Of a stretch of 64,000 nucleotides of DNA, positions 9,803 through 19,652 are shown one piece after another (positions within the stretch are counted from its first letter, which is position 1; the number at the start of each line of letters is the position of its first letter). The position numbers and the translations under genes were made by a program. The DNA is from an uncultured Acidobacteriota bacterium (GTDB lineage: Bacteria; Acidobacteriota; Thermoanaerobaculia; UBA5066), in NCBI GenBank assembly GCA_963779415.1, contig CAVZYA010000001.1, positions 1,952,001-2,016,000 of the forward strand, written 5' to 3'. The notes under the pieces were generated by a model. The model was not told the DNA's origin. It ran no database searches and saw nothing but the letters and a program-made list of their open reading frames with translations.

Positions 9803-11326
9803 TCAGGGGCCGAGGGCGTCGCGGAGACGCCGGGCGTCGGGATCGCCGGGACCGAGCCGGATCGCCTCGGCCAGGAAGAGCCTGGCTTTCTCCGGGCGTC
9901 CGCGAAGCGCCCACCCCCAGGCGCTCCGGACGAGAAGCCGCGGGAGGAACGGGCTCACGGGTGGAAGCCCGAAGGCGCACCGGACGACGAGCGGCGAGAG
10001 GAACTCTTCCGGGGACGGCGGCTTCGCGCCCTCTTCCGCGCCTGCCGCGAGCCACGGAGCCGGGAGCCGCGCCCCGAGCGCTCCGTGAAAGAAGAGCCAC
10101 GGGTGCCCCCAGAGCGGAGTGAGGGCCGCCACGGACGAGACGCGGTCGGAGCCGGGCCCGGGCCACGCCGATTGGGCCGGGGCCCGGAGGCGCTCCGCGT
10201 AGGAGACGAACTCCCCCGCGGAGACGACGACGCCGGAGACGTTGAGAAGGGCGCCCAGAAGGACGAAGGGGACGACGCGGCGCGCGGATTCGAGAACGGC
10301 CGGAGCCACGAGGAGCGGCAGCACCGGAAGGAGGAGCCGCGGCCCCCATGAGGATCCCCCGTGCCACGCCCACCATCGCGAGACGACGAGAAGATGAATC
10401 GCCGGAACCCCGTAGAGAACGATCCGCGATGCGACCGGGAGCTTTCGCGCCGGAAGGAGCGCCAGGAGCGCGATCGGCGCGAAAAAGAGGATCCCCCGCC
10501 CGGGGAGAAGGGTGAGGCCCAGAAGCCCCTCGAGGAGAGGCGTCGTGAAGGCGAGTGCCTCGCCGCGGTATCCCGCCTCCAGGAGCGATCCCTCCCGGAC
10601 GAGATTGACGGCGCCGGCGAGCGCGAGCGCGGCCACAAGCGCCGCGACGAACCCCGTCGCGAGCCGGCCGCGACGCCCCTCGGGTGCCGGCGTTCGAAGC
10701 GCGCCGAGGAGCCAGACCGGAGCCGTGACCCAGAGGACCGGCTTGAGAAGAAACGCGAGCGAGACGAGGGCTCCCGAAAGGAACCCTTTGCGCCTCCCCG
10801 CCGCGTCCGGTGCGAGGAGAAGCGCCGCGCCGAACGCGAACGCCGCGGCGGCCCACGGCTCGACGAAGGAGTCGGCCGCGTAGGGCCAGAGGAACGTCCC
10901 GGCGACGAGGGCGGGCGCCCACCAGAGCGACGCTCCCGGCCGGAGAGCACGCGCGAGGCGGGCGAAGCCGAGCGCCGCGAGAGCCACGCCCGCCGTCCAC
11001 GTCAGGGAGACCGCGGCGTCGAGACCCCGCCCGCCGATCGCCCCGCGCAACGGCCACGCGGCCGCCACGAACGGAAGCGGCACGAGCGACGGGAAGAGCC
11101 CGTACTTCGAGTGGACGGCCGAGAGTTCCCGCGCGCTCGGTACCGCCTCGCCCGGCTGCGGAATCGTCGCCGCCTCGAAGCGGCCCGTCACGACGAAGCC
11201 GAGCGTCTCGGAGAGGACCCACGATCCGTCGGCCGAGATGACCGCCCGCCCGATGTACGCGGCCGCGAGGAGTGCCGCGAGGGCGGCGAGCGGCGCCGCG
11301 CGCGCCGGCGTCCGGACGCCGGACAC
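9803..11326 (-). CDS. Polytopic membrane protein, probable GT-C fold glycosyltransferase
   Basis: Many TM segments; SKYG, PGRGILFFAP, WHGGSSWGPRLLLP patterns typical of ArnT/PMT-like hypotheticals. GTG start inferred. Confidence 0.55.
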   Translation of the reverse strand: MSGVRTPARAAPLAALAALLAAAYIGRAVISADGSWVLSETLGFVVTGRFEAATIPQPGEAVPSARELSAVHSKYGLFPSLVPLPFVAAAWPLRGAIGGRGLDAAVSLTWTAGVALAALGFARLARALRPGASLWWAPALVAGTFLWPYAADSFVEPWAAAAFAFGAALLLAPDAAGRRKGFLSGALVSLAFLLKPVLWVTAPVWLLGALRTPAPEGRRGRLATGFVAALVAALALAGAVNLVREGSLLEAGYRGEALAFTTPLLEGLLGLTLLPGRGILFFAPIALLALLPARKLPVASRIVLYGVPAIHLLVVSRWWAWHGGSSWGPRLLLPVLPLLVAPAVLESARRVVPFVLLGALLNVSGVVVSAGEFVSYAERLRAPAQSAWPGPGSDRVSSVAALTPLWGHPWLFFHGALGARLPAPWLAAGAEEGAKPPSPEEFLSPLVVRCAFGLPPVSPFLPRLLVRSAWGWALRGRPEKARLFLAEAIRLGPGDPDARRLRDALGP

Positions 11327-11327
11327 C

Positions 11328-11720
11328 CTACGGCGCCAGAGCCACGTGGAAATGGACTTCGACGGAGGGGTACGCGTACCCCTTCGGAAGGGGATCGAAG
11401 GGGGCGGCGGATCGGACCGCCGAGAGCGCCGCGTCGTCCCACGCCTTCGACCCCGATTCCATCGTGACCATCGCCGAGGCGAGCCTTCCGTCCTTCGCGA
11501 TGACGGCCTGGACGACCGTCTTCTTCCCGACAACCGGAAGAGACCAGGGAATCTTCCAGACCTTCGCCACCTTGTCGAAGACCTTCTTCTGGTAGGCCGT
11601 GTCGGTCAGCGTCTTCTGGAAATAGACGTTCAGCGAGGGCTTCCCGGCCGCGAAAAGCGGAGCGGCCGCGGCGACCATGAGGACCGCGAGAACCGCAGCA
11701 ACCGCGAGGGCGCGTCTCAT
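11328..11720 (-). CDS. Secreted TonB/TolA C-terminal domain protein
   Basis: Signal peptide; IAKDGRL..ESGSKAWDDAALSAVRSAAPFDPLP. Confidence 0.8.
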   Translation of the reverse strand: MRRALAVAAVLAVLMVAAAAPLFAAGKPSLNVYFQKTLTDTAYQKKVFDKVAKVWKIPWSLPVVGKKTVVQAVIAKDGRLASAMVTMESGSKAWDDAALSAVRSAAPFDPLPKGYAYPSVEVHFHVALAP

Positions 11721-11785
11721 GGCGCCGAGTCTACGCCCGGCCTCGGGCGCCCGCGTGGAGTGGACTCTTCCGTTAACCTCGCGGA

Positions 11786-13612
11786 ATGCGCCGAATCCTC
11801 ACGACAGCCACGATCGCACTCGCCGCTCTCACCTTTCTTCCGAACGTCTCGCCCGCCGACGAGCCTCGGGTCCCGATCCCGCCCGACCACTACACGAAGG
11901 CCGAGCTGCACGCCTTCCGGTCGATCGCGACGTACGACGAGGTGATCGCGTTCTGCGGGCGTCTCGCGAAGACTTCTCCCTCGCTGAAGCTCGACTTCTA
12001 CGGCACGAGCGGCCAGGGTCGGAGGATGCCGGTCGTCTTCGTCTCGAAGGAGAAGGAGTTCTCGCCGAACGAGCGTGCAAAGAGCGGCAAGCCGTGGGTC
12101 CTTCTTCTCGGCTCCATCCACGGCGGAGAGGTGGACGGCACCGAGGCGATCCTGGAGCTTCTGCGCGACATCGCCCTGACAAACCGCCCGGAGATCCTCG
12201 ACTCGGTCAATCTGATCGCGATCCCCGTCTACAACGTCGACGGCTACGCGCGCGTCTCGCGCTGGAACCGGCCGAATCAGGACGGCCCCGTGGAGGGGAT
12301 GGGCTTCCGGACGAACGCGCAGGGCCTCGATCTGAACCGCGACTTCGTCAAAGCCGACGCGCCGGAGACCCGCGCGCTCCTCGCCCTTGCCGCGGCGTGG
12401 TCTCCCGATCTCTTCGTCGACAACCACGTGACGGACGGCGCCGACTTCCAGGCCACCCTGACCGTCGCGTACGGACACGAGCCCGTGACCCCCGCCCCGC
12501 TCCGCGACTGGCTGAAGACCGTCGTCCCGAAGGCTCTCGCCGGGGTCGAGAGCTGGGGTTACCTGACCTCCCCCTACGTCGAGTTCGCCGATCCGCACGA
12601 CCCGCTCGCCGGGATCGCGCCCGATCCGTTCGGCCCGCGATTCGCGACCGGCTACTTCGGCCTCCGCGGCGTGCCGTCGATCCTCGTCGAGAACCACGCC
12701 ATCAAGCCGTTCGGCGAACGCGTGAAGGCGAACCTCCGCTTCCTCACCGCCCTTCTCGAGTGGACGGGAAGGGACGGAAAGGCGCTCCTCGCGGCACGGG
12801 AGAGGGCGAAGCGCGAGGCACGCCGTGCCGCCGTCGGGTCGAGCGTCGTCATCGAGGCGGCGACCGACCGGGAGAGACCGGAACCCGTCGAGTTCGCCAC
12901 GTACGTCTGGCGCGACGAGGTCTCCCCCGTCACCGGAAAGCCCGTCACGCGGTACGACCGGTCGCAGAAGGTGACGGTGCCTCTTCCCGTCTTCACGCAC
13001 GCGAAGCCCGTGAAGAGCGTTCCGCGCCCTGCCGCGTACCTGATCCCGGCCGGATGGCCGAATCTGGAGGAATGTCTGCGCGCGCACGGGATCCGGACCG
13101 TCACTCTCGAAAAGCCGATGACGCTCGAGGTCGGGACCTACCGCGCGTCGAATCCGCAGCCGGCGCCGCGGACGTTTCAGGGGCGGACGCGGATCGCCGC
13201 CACGATCGACCGGAAGAGCGAGACCCGAGAGATCCCCGCCGGCTCGCTCTACGTCCCGCTCGACGGGGAGCTTTCGCCCCTGATCGTCTGGATGCTCGAG
13301 CCCGAGGGGGGCGAGTCGCTCTTCTCGTGGGGCGAGATGTCGGGGGCGCTCGAACAGAAGGAGTGGATCGACCTCCGGACCCTCGACCCGATCGCCGGGG
13401 AGATGCTGAAGAAGGATCCGAAGCTCCGGGCCGAGTGGGAGGAGAGGCTGAAGGACCCGAAGTTCGCGGAGAACACCCGGGCCCGGATCGAGTTCTTCTA
13501 CCGGCGGACTCCTTACTGGGACGACACGGTCGGGCTCCTCCCGGTCTACCGGCTGGAGAAGCCGCTCCCGGGCCTCACCCCCGCCGCGGCTTCGGCCGGC
13601 GGACGAGAATGA
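11786..13612 (+). CDS. Secreted M14 family zinc carboxypeptidase
   Basis: HGGE, NVDG, DLNRD, VDNH motifs; signal peptide. Confidence 0.88.
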   Translation: MRRILTTATIALAALTFLPNVSPADEPRVPIPPDHYTKAELHAFRSIATYDEVIAFCGRLAKTSPSLKLDFYGTSGQGRRMPVVFVSKEKEFSPNERAKSGKPWVLLLGSIHGGEVDGTEAILELLRDIALTNRPEILDSVNLIAIPVYNVDGYARVSRWNRPNQDGPVEGMGFRTNAQGLDLNRDFVKADAPETRALLALAAAWSPDLFVDNHVTDGADFQATLTVAYGHEPVTPAPLRDWLKTVVPKALAGVESWGYLTSPYVEFADPHDPLAGIAPDPFGPRFATGYFGLRGVPSILVENHAIKPFGERVKANLRFLTALLEWTGRDGKALLAARERAKREARRAAVGSSVVIEAATDRERPEPVEFATYVWRDEVSPVTGKPVTRYDRSQKVTVPLPVFTHAKPVKSVPRPAAYLIPAGWPNLEECLRAHGIRTVTLEKPMTLEVGTYRASNPQPAPRTFQGRTRIAATIDRKSETREIPAGSLYVPLDGELSPLIVWMLEPEGGESLFSWGEMSGALEQKEWIDLRTLDPIAGEMLKKDPKLRAEWEERLKDPKFAENTRARIEFFYRRTPYWDDTVGLLPVYRLEKPLPGLTPAAASAGGRE

Positions 13613-14117
13613 GGCGGGCCGGGCGCCCGGCCCGCTCGCAGGTGGCGCAGAGGCGCGCGCGGCCGAAGGGGCTCCGCCGCGTCCACTCGTGCCCGCAGCC
13701 CGGACAGCGGTAGGCGTACCGCGCGTTCGCCGCGCGAACCGCGTGGAGACGGTCGGTTTCGGGAGCGGCCTTCCGTCTCACGCCGAGCCGGCGGGCCACC
13801 TGCCAGAAGCGGCCCGAGTGCCCTTCCTCCGGGCCCCATCGATCGTGGCAGATGGCGTGCGCGGCTTCGTGCAGAAGCGTCTGGAGGCGGTCCTCCTTCG
13901 ACATGTGGCTCGAGATCCGGATCACATGTGGCGGGCCGTACGTGATCACGCCCCCGGTGGAGCGGCGTGCCGAGAGAACGACGCGCGCCGGCGGCAGGCC
14001 GAACGCCTCCGCGAGGTCGTCGTATTTCCGCTGGAGGGCGCGCTCCTCGGAGCGGAGAAGCTCGTTCGGCACCGGCACCGCGTCGAAAAGCTCGAGTTGA
14101 ACGGCCGGCCCCTTCAT
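13575..14117 (-). CDS. SprT-like zinc metalloprotease with C-terminal zinc ribbon
   Basis: TLLHEAAH, GHSGRFW, YRCPGC...CATC; ATG overlaps upstream stop (ATGA). Confidence 0.85.
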   Translation of the reverse strand: MKGPAVQLELFDAVPVPNELLRSEERALQRKYDDLAEAFGLPPARVVLSARRSTGGVITYGPPHVIRISSHMSKEDRLQTLLHEAAHAICHDRWGPEEGHSGRFWQVARRLGVRRKAAPETDRLHAVRAANARYAYRCPGCGHEWTRRSPFGRARLCATCERAGRPARLILVRRPKPRRG

Positions 14118-14695
14118 CCGAGCAGCTCCTCGCGCCAGGGAGCGAGCGGGCGCGCGAGGACGAAGACGAGAACGAGGGGCGCCGTCCATGCCGCGGCCAC
14201 CTCCATCATCGGAACGACCCCCCCCACGAAGGTGATCGCGAGGCCGAACCGCGAGATCCAGAGGAGACCGTAAGCGAGAGCCCCGGGAACCGCGCTCCCG
14301 GAAGCGAGAGCCAGAAGGCAGAGGGCGAGGCCGAGTCCCGCCTCGACGAGGAACGCGTGCCCGGCGACGACGCCGAGAGGCGCCGAGCCGCGCGGCAGAA
14401 ATTCGAGCCGGAGGTATGCCGGGAGAATCGCCCCCAGGAGAGCCAGGATGGGCGCCGCCGCGCCCACGGCAAGCCGCCTTCCAAACGCTCCGTAGAGCGC
14501 GCCACGGACGACGGCCTCGTAGAGAAGCGCCGCCGCGAGGCAGGCGGGCACGACGAGAAGGAGCGACGGGCCGCGCCCGGAGAGTCCCAGCGTCGCGTAG
14601 TGAAGGAGCCGCGCTACCGGAATGAAGGAGAGCGCGACGAGAAGGAACACCCCGGACGCCGCCGCCGCGAATCCCCGCCCCATTCCGGGTTGCAT
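14114..14695 (-). CDS. Membrane protein, possibly degenerate CPBP/Abi family
   Basis: Hydrophobic; YEAVVRGALY resembles EExxxRG but the other catalytic motifs are not evident. Confidence 0.5.
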   Translation of the reverse strand: MQPGMGRGFAAAASGVFLLVALSFIPVARLLHYATLGLSGRGPSLLLVVPACLAAALLYEAVVRGALYGAFGRRLAVGAAAPILALLGAILPAYLRLEFLPRGSAPLGVVAGHAFLVEAGLGLALCLLALASGSAVPGALAYGLLWISRFGLAITFVGGVVPMMEVAAAWTAPLVLVFVLARPLAPWREELLG

Positions 14696-14771
14696 GGTCG
14701 AATGGTAGCGCAGCCACTGAGCAGATCGCACCGTTGACCCCGGACGCTCCCCGCGAAAGACTCCGCGCGCC

Positions 14772-15704
14772 ATGAGCACGAATCCTCCCCCCCTCCGCGT
14801 CGCCTTCGTCGGCCTCGGCACGATGGGCCAGGGAATGGCCCGAAACCTCGCGAAGGCGGGCTTTCCGCTCGCCCTCGCCAGCCGGACGTTCGCGAAAGCC
14901 GAGGCGCTCGCCGCCGAGCTTTCCGCGGCCGGCCGCGATGTCCGCGCGGCAAGGACGCCCGCCGCCGCGGCGACGGGAGCCGCCGTCGTCGTCTCGTGCG
15001 TCCCCGACGCTCCGGAGGTCGAGTCCGTCCACCTCGGACCGGACGGGACCGCCGCGACCGCCCTCCCGGGAACCGTCGTCATCGACAGCTCCACGATCGC
15101 GGCCGAACGGGCCCGCGGAATCGCCGCACGCCTCGCCGCGAAGGAAGTCTCTTTTCTCGACGCCCCGGTCTCCGGCGGGCAGAAAGGGGCGGCCGAAGGA
15201 ACGCTCACCTTCTTCATCGGTGGCGAGGAAGCCGCGCTCGAGAAGTCCCGCCCGGTGTTCCTCGCAATGGGGAAGCGTCTGACGCACCTCGGGCCCTCCG
15301 GCGCCGGCCAGCTCGGAAAGGCCGTCAACCAGATCATCGTCGCCGGAAATCTCCTCGCGGTTTCCGAAGGGATGGCTTTCGCCGCCCGCGTCGGGCTCCC
15401 CCTTCGGGCCCTTCACGAGGCCCTCACGGCCGGCGCGGCGACTTCGTGGGCGCTCGAGGTCCTCGGGAAGAAGATGATGGACCGCGACTTCGCGCCCGCC
15501 TTCGCCATCAAGCACCAGCAGAAGGACCTCGCGATCGTCCTTGCGAGCGCCCGCGCGAGCGGCGTACCGCTCCCCGGCGTCGCCCTCGTCCACCAGCTCC
15601 TCTCCGCCCTCGAGGCCGAAGGGCGTGCCGAGGACGGCACGCAGGCCCTTCTCACCCTCTACGAGAAGCTCTCGGCCGGCACGGGCGCGAAGGCCAGGGA
15701 ATAG
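14772..15704 (+). CDS. Beta-hydroxyacid dehydrogenase (3-hydroxyisobutyrate/tartronate semialdehyde reductase family)
   Basis: FVGLGTMG, LDAPVSGG, GQLGKAVNQ, KDL. Confidence 0.9.
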   Translation: MSTNPPPLRVAFVGLGTMGQGMARNLAKAGFPLALASRTFAKAEALAAELSAAGRDVRAARTPAAAATGAAVVVSCVPDAPEVESVHLGPDGTAATALPGTVVIDSSTIAAERARGIAARLAAKEVSFLDAPVSGGQKGAAEGTLTFFIGGEEAALEKSRPVFLAMGKRLTHLGPSGAGQLGKAVNQIIVAGNLLAVSEGMAFAARVGLPLRALHEALTAGAATSWALEVLGKKMMDRDFAPAFAIKHQQKDLAIVLASARASGVPLPGVALVHQLLSALEAEGRAEDGTQALLTLYEKLSAGTGAKARE

Positions 15705-15741
15705 AATCCCCGAACCCCGTTTTTGGGGACGGAGGTTTCCG

Positions 15742-16215
15742 ATGAGACGCACTCTCGCCGTTTTGTCTCTCTTCACCGTCGTTCTCCTCGTTGTCGTCGC
15801 GGCGCCGGCCGTCGCCGCCGGGCCGGACGTCCAGAAATTCGAGCGGACGCTTCCCTTCAAGCCGGACTCGCAGAAGATCGGCCTGAAGGTGGGCGACGTC
15901 ACGATCGAGTCGGTCGAGATCAAGAACTGGCCCGACGCCGGCGACTTTGCAAAGGGAGAGAAGGACCCTGGCGACACGAAGACGATGTGGGTCGTCTTCA
16001 CCTACACAAACAGAGGAACCGGCGACTACAAGTGCAAGTACGCCGTCACCGTCCCGGACCCGAAGGGCGGAGAGACGTGGGCGCAGGACGACGCGACACG
16101 CACCCTCGACAAGGGGAAGGTCGACGACACGAACCGGTTCGGCATGAAGATGAAGACGCACCTGTACAAGCAGGCCAAGACGATGAAGCTCACCTTCGAG
16201 GTCTGGAAGAAGTAA
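15742..16215 (+). CDS. Secreted hypothetical protein
   Basis: GGAGG RBS, signal peptide MRRTLAVLSL..., host-like codon use. Confidence 0.75.
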   Translation: MRRTLAVLSLFTVVLLVVVAAPAVAAGPDVQKFERTLPFKPDSQKIGLKVGDVTIESVEIKNWPDAGDFAKGEKDPGDTKTMWVVFTYTNRGTGDYKCKYAVTVPDPKGGETWAQDDATRTLDKGKVDDTNRFGMKMKTHLYKQAKTMKLTFEVWKK

Positions 16216-16221
16216 CCTCGA

Positions 16222-17309
16222 TCAGAGCAGGGCGTTGAAGAGGAATCCGACGATGAGGATTCCAACCGTGACGACCCCGACGAAAACGGCGATCAGCTTC
16301 GGGCGCAGGACCTTGCGGAGGATGATCACCTCCGGCGTCGAGATGCTGATCACCGACATCATGAATGCCAGAACGGTGCCGAGGGCGGCACCTTTCTCCA
16401 GCAGAGCCTGGACGATGGGAATGATGCCTGCGGCGTTGGAGTACATCGGGATGCCGATCAGGACGACCACCGGCACCGCCCACCAGACCTCCTTGCCCAT
16501 GAACGACGCCATGAAATTGGTCGGCACCCACCCGTGGATCGCGGCCCCGACGGCGATGCCGGCGACGACGTAGAGCCAGACTTTCCCGACGATCTCTCGG
16601 AGCGCCTGGAAGCCGAACTCGACCCTGTCCCGCCATCCGAGGACGACGATCGGCGTGTCGCTGCTGCCGGTCCGGACCTGCCGGACCCAGGACTCGAGCT
16701 GATCCTCCATCCCGAGGCGTCCGATCGATCCAGCCGGAGGCCATGGCGATGAGAAGCCCCGTCGTCATGTAGATCATCGCCACCTTCCAGCCGAAGAGCC
16801 CGAACAGGAGGACGAGAGCCACTTCGTTCACCATCGGCGCGGAGATCAGGAAGGAGAAGGTCACGCCGAGCGGCACTCCCGCCGTCACGAATCCGAGGAA
16901 GAGGGGGACCGCCGAGCAGGAGCAGAAGGGCGTGACGACCCCGAGAAGACCCGCCAGCACGATGCCGACGGATTCCCGCGTTCCGGCCAGGATTCGCCGC
17001 GTCCGTTCGGGGGTGAAGAACGAACGAACGATGCCGACGACGAAAACCACGGCGGTCAGAAGAAGCAGGACCTTTGGAACCTCGAAGACGAGGAACTCGA
17101 CCGCGGAGGAAAAGTGAGTCCCGGAGGGAAGACGCAGCAACGAGTAGACGAGCCATTGGGAAATTCGGCCGAGGTTGACGTAGAGCGCGAGCCACGAGGC
17201 CAGCGGCGCCCAGGCCGATCAGCGCCGCGGCCCTGACCGACGGAACTTCCCTCGAGGGGATCGCCGGCGATTCGGCTGCGGCCTGCGACGGCGAGGCTGA
17301 ATCCTTCAC
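16222..17309 (-). CDS. arsP: ArsP-type (DUF318) permease, split by about 2 frameshifts
   Basis: TPFCSCSAVPLF and FLISAPMVNE in one frame, IPMYSNAAG and GAALGTVLAFMM in the next; shifts near 17200 and 16725. Confidence 0.8.
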
Positions 17310-17346
17310 CGAAGCCTTCCTCAGGGCCTTTCCACCGCGAAACCGG

Positions 17347-17601
17347 TCACGACGACACGAGGATCGCCCGGATCTCCTCGGCCTTCGGGATCCGGCCGGA
17401 GACGACGACCTTTCCGTCGACGGCCACGCCCGGCGTCGCCATGAGGCCCAGCGCGACCATCCGCTCCATCGACTCGACCTTGACGACGTCGAACGGCAGT
17501 TGTTCCGTCTCGACGACGTGTGTCACGACGCGGTAGGTCTCCTTGCACCGGTTGCAGCCGGGACCGAGGATTTCGATCTTCTTGCGGAGCGCGTTTTCCA
17601 T
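17347..17601 (-). CDS. Small redox-active disulfide protein (MTH895/thioredoxin-like)
   Basis: ILGPGCNRC, MATPGVAVDGKVVVSGRIP. Confidence 0.88.
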   Translation of the reverse strand: MENALRKKIEILGPGCNRCKETYRVVTHVVETEQLPFDVVKVESMERMVALGLMATPGVAVDGKVVVSGRIPKAEEIRAILVSS

Positions 17602-17625
17602 GACAGCTTCCTTTCTCGGGATTCT

Positions 17626-18330
17626 TCAGACTTCGAAAACGCGGCGAATCTCCGCCGCGCCGATCCAGGCGCCGGCGGCGACGAGGACCCATCCGAACGC
17701 GCGATGAAGCCGGTCGGCCCAGACGGCGGCCCGGCTGCCGGCCCATACGGTGACGAAGCCGGTGACGGTTCCGGCGACGAAGAGGAGAACGACGTGGCCG
17801 ATCGAGTACGAGAGGAGAAGCGTCGTGCCCCAGAGGACCTTCTTCTCGAAGGCGACGAGGGAGAGGATCGCGACGAGGATCGGTGTCGCGCAGGGCGAAG
17901 AAAGCGTTCCCGTGAGCGCGCCGAGGCAGAAGGCGCCCACCAAGCCCCCGGCGCGGAATCTCGAGGGGTCGAAACTCGGCATCGGGATCTTCACGAGACC
18001 GGACAGGTGGAGCCCGAAAGCGATCAGAAGAGCGGAGAGAAGGATCTTCCACCACGTCCCCACGCTTCCGAAAAGCGTCCCCGTCAGGGCTGCGGCCGCG
18101 CCCAGAGCGGTGAAGCAGACGGCCAATCCGGTGACGAACGCCAGGGTCAACGTCAGCGTGCGGCGGCGGCTCGTCGCCGTACCCCCCACCGTCGCGACGA
18201 CGAGCGGAACGGCCGCGAGGACGCAGGGACTCGCCGATGAGATGACGCCTGCCAGGAAGACGAGAAAGAGCATCACGACGGGCGGCGCGTCCGTCGCCGC
18301 GGCCGCCAGCCGGACGAGGGCCGCGTCCAT
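17626..18330 (-). CDS. CcdA/DsbD-type disulfide transfer membrane protein
   Basis: AGVISSASPCVL and SSPCATPIL; six TM segments. Confidence 0.85.
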   Translation of the reverse strand: MDAALVRLAAAATDAPPVVMLFLVFLAGVISSASPCVLAAVPLVVATVGGTATSRRRTLTLTLAFVTGLAVCFTALGAAAALTGTLFGSVGTWWKILLSALLIAFGLHLSGLVKIPMPSFDPSRFRAGGLVGAFCLGALTGTLSSPCATPILVAILSLVAFEKKVLWGTTLLLSYSIGHVVLLFVAGTVTGFVTVWAGSRAAVWADRLHRAFGWVLVAAGAWIGAAEIRRVFEV

Positions 18331-18744
18331 CAGAGAATGCCCTTCTCCTTGAGGACCCGCTCGAATTCCGGCTTCTGGAATAAGCCCATGTGCCGGAAGA
18401 CCTCCTGCCCCTTGGCGTCGAAGATCACCTGTGTCGGCATCACCATGATCCGGTGCTGACGGGCCACCTCCGGGTGCGGATTGGATCCAGAAATTGACGA
18501 CGCGCGCCCGCTTGCCGAGGAGCGCCTGCAGGTCGCGAAGAACCGGCTGCATGCCCATGCAGGGGATGCAGTGTTCGCCGCCGAACTCGACGATCACCGG
18601 GACGCCCGCCTTCAGGGTCGCCTCCAGCTCGGCGGGGCTCAACGCGGGAATGGGCGATGCGGGAGCAGGTGCTGCCGGGGCCGCGACCGCGATGCCAGGG
18701 ACGAGAACGAGAACCATAAGAGCCACCAGAACGCGAGACTTCAT
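18330..18744 (-). CDS. Exported thioredoxin, frameshift near 18480
   Basis: Signal peptide, EFGGEHCIPC; continues in another frame as MPTQVIFDAKGQEVFRHMG...KGIL*. Confidence 0.8.
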
Positions 18745-19151
18745 CGAACCTTTCCTCCTCGATGGTGCGACGTCGACTTCGCCAGCCGGCCTCCGGACGC
18801 CGCGAACTCCTCGACCGGAATCCGCCGCAGCCGGCCGACGAGCTCGGCATCCGCGGCCGCAACCGGGTCGCCGGCAAGGCCCGCCCGGACCACCTGCAGC
18901 CAGCCGGCCACATCGCGGGACGGCGCCAGCCGGTAGGAGACGAACTTGCCGTTCTTCTCCTCGACGAGAAGGCCGGCCCGCTTCAGCTCGCGCAGGTGCT
19001 CGGAGACCGTGGAAGGGGCCGTGCCGAGGACCGCCGTCATCTGGCAGACGCAGAGGGGCCCGCCTGAGAGCATGGCGAGAACGCGCAGGCGTGCCGGATG
19101 GGCGAGAGCCTTGGCGGCGGCGGTGGCGGCGGAGAGTGGTGATTCCGTCAT
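18741..19151 (-). CDS. ArsR/SmtB transcriptional repressor
   Basis: KALAHPARLRVL, LCVCQM, STVSEHLRELKRAGL. Confidence 0.9.
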   Translation of the reverse strand: MTESPLSAATAAAKALAHPARLRVLAMLSGGPLCVCQMTAVLGTAPSTVSEHLRELKRAGLLVEEKNGKFVSYRLAPSRDVAGWLQVVRAGLAGDPVAAADAELVGRLRRIPVEEFAASGGRLAKSTSHHRGGKVR

Positions 19152-19169
19152 TTCGTAACATACCGAAAT
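19150..19169. promoter_or_regulatory. Probable ArsR operator
   Basis: ATTTCG-N8-CGAAAT palindrome overlapping the ArsR start codon. Confidence 0.6.
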
Positions 19170-19208
19170 ATAGATGGCGAGTGACCCCCCGACCATGATT
19201 CGCCTGCA

Positions 19209-19652
19209 TCACCGCCCAGGGCCGTTGAGCGCTCCCTCTTTGCCTTGACTCAACGTCAGCGTCTCGATCCGCTGCTTCAATTCGTCCCGGACGCGCCGAA
19301 ACGCCTCCAGCCGCTCGTCGCCCGTCCCTTCGACCGCGGCAGGATCGGGGAGCGGCCAGTGGAGGCGCTTCGCCTTGCCCAGAAAGACTGGGCAGACTTC
19401 CTCAGCGCAGAGCGTGATCACGGTATCCACCGTCGCGGGATCGATCTCCGCGACGGACTTGGACCGCTGATGAGTGATGTCGATGCCGATCTCGGCGAGC
19501 GCGCGGATGGCGAGCGGGTTCACCCGCGACGGCAGCGACCCGGCGCTCTGGACGTTCACGACGTCGCCGAACCGGGCCTTCGCGAGCCCTTCGGCCATCT
19601 GGCTCCGCGCCGAGTTGGCGACGCAGAGGAAGAGGAGGCCGGGAATCTTCAC
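19209..19652 (-). CDS. arsC: Thioredoxin-coupled arsenate reductase (LMW-PTP fold)
   Basis: C-x5-R loop [13 protein letters not shown], resolving [16 protein letters not shown]; GTG overlaps acr3 stop. Confidence 0.9.
   Translation of the reverse strand: MKIPGLLFLCVANSARSQMAEGLAKARFGDVVNVQSAGSLPSRVNPLAIRALAEIGIDITHQRSKSVAEIDPATVDTVITLCAEEVCPVFLGKAKRLHWPLPDPAAVEGTGDERLEAFRRVRDELKQRIETLTLSQGKEGALNGPGR

Noticed and set aside
13575-16001. 808-aa minus-strand ORF
   Set aside because: Only the last 180 aa (SprT) are credible; the rest is antisense or off-frame to other genes.
17626-19212. Apparent 528-aa thioredoxin-CcdA fusion
   Set aside because: Produced by a frameshift near 18480; the thioredoxin has its own C-terminus and stop in another frame and CcdA has its own ATG.
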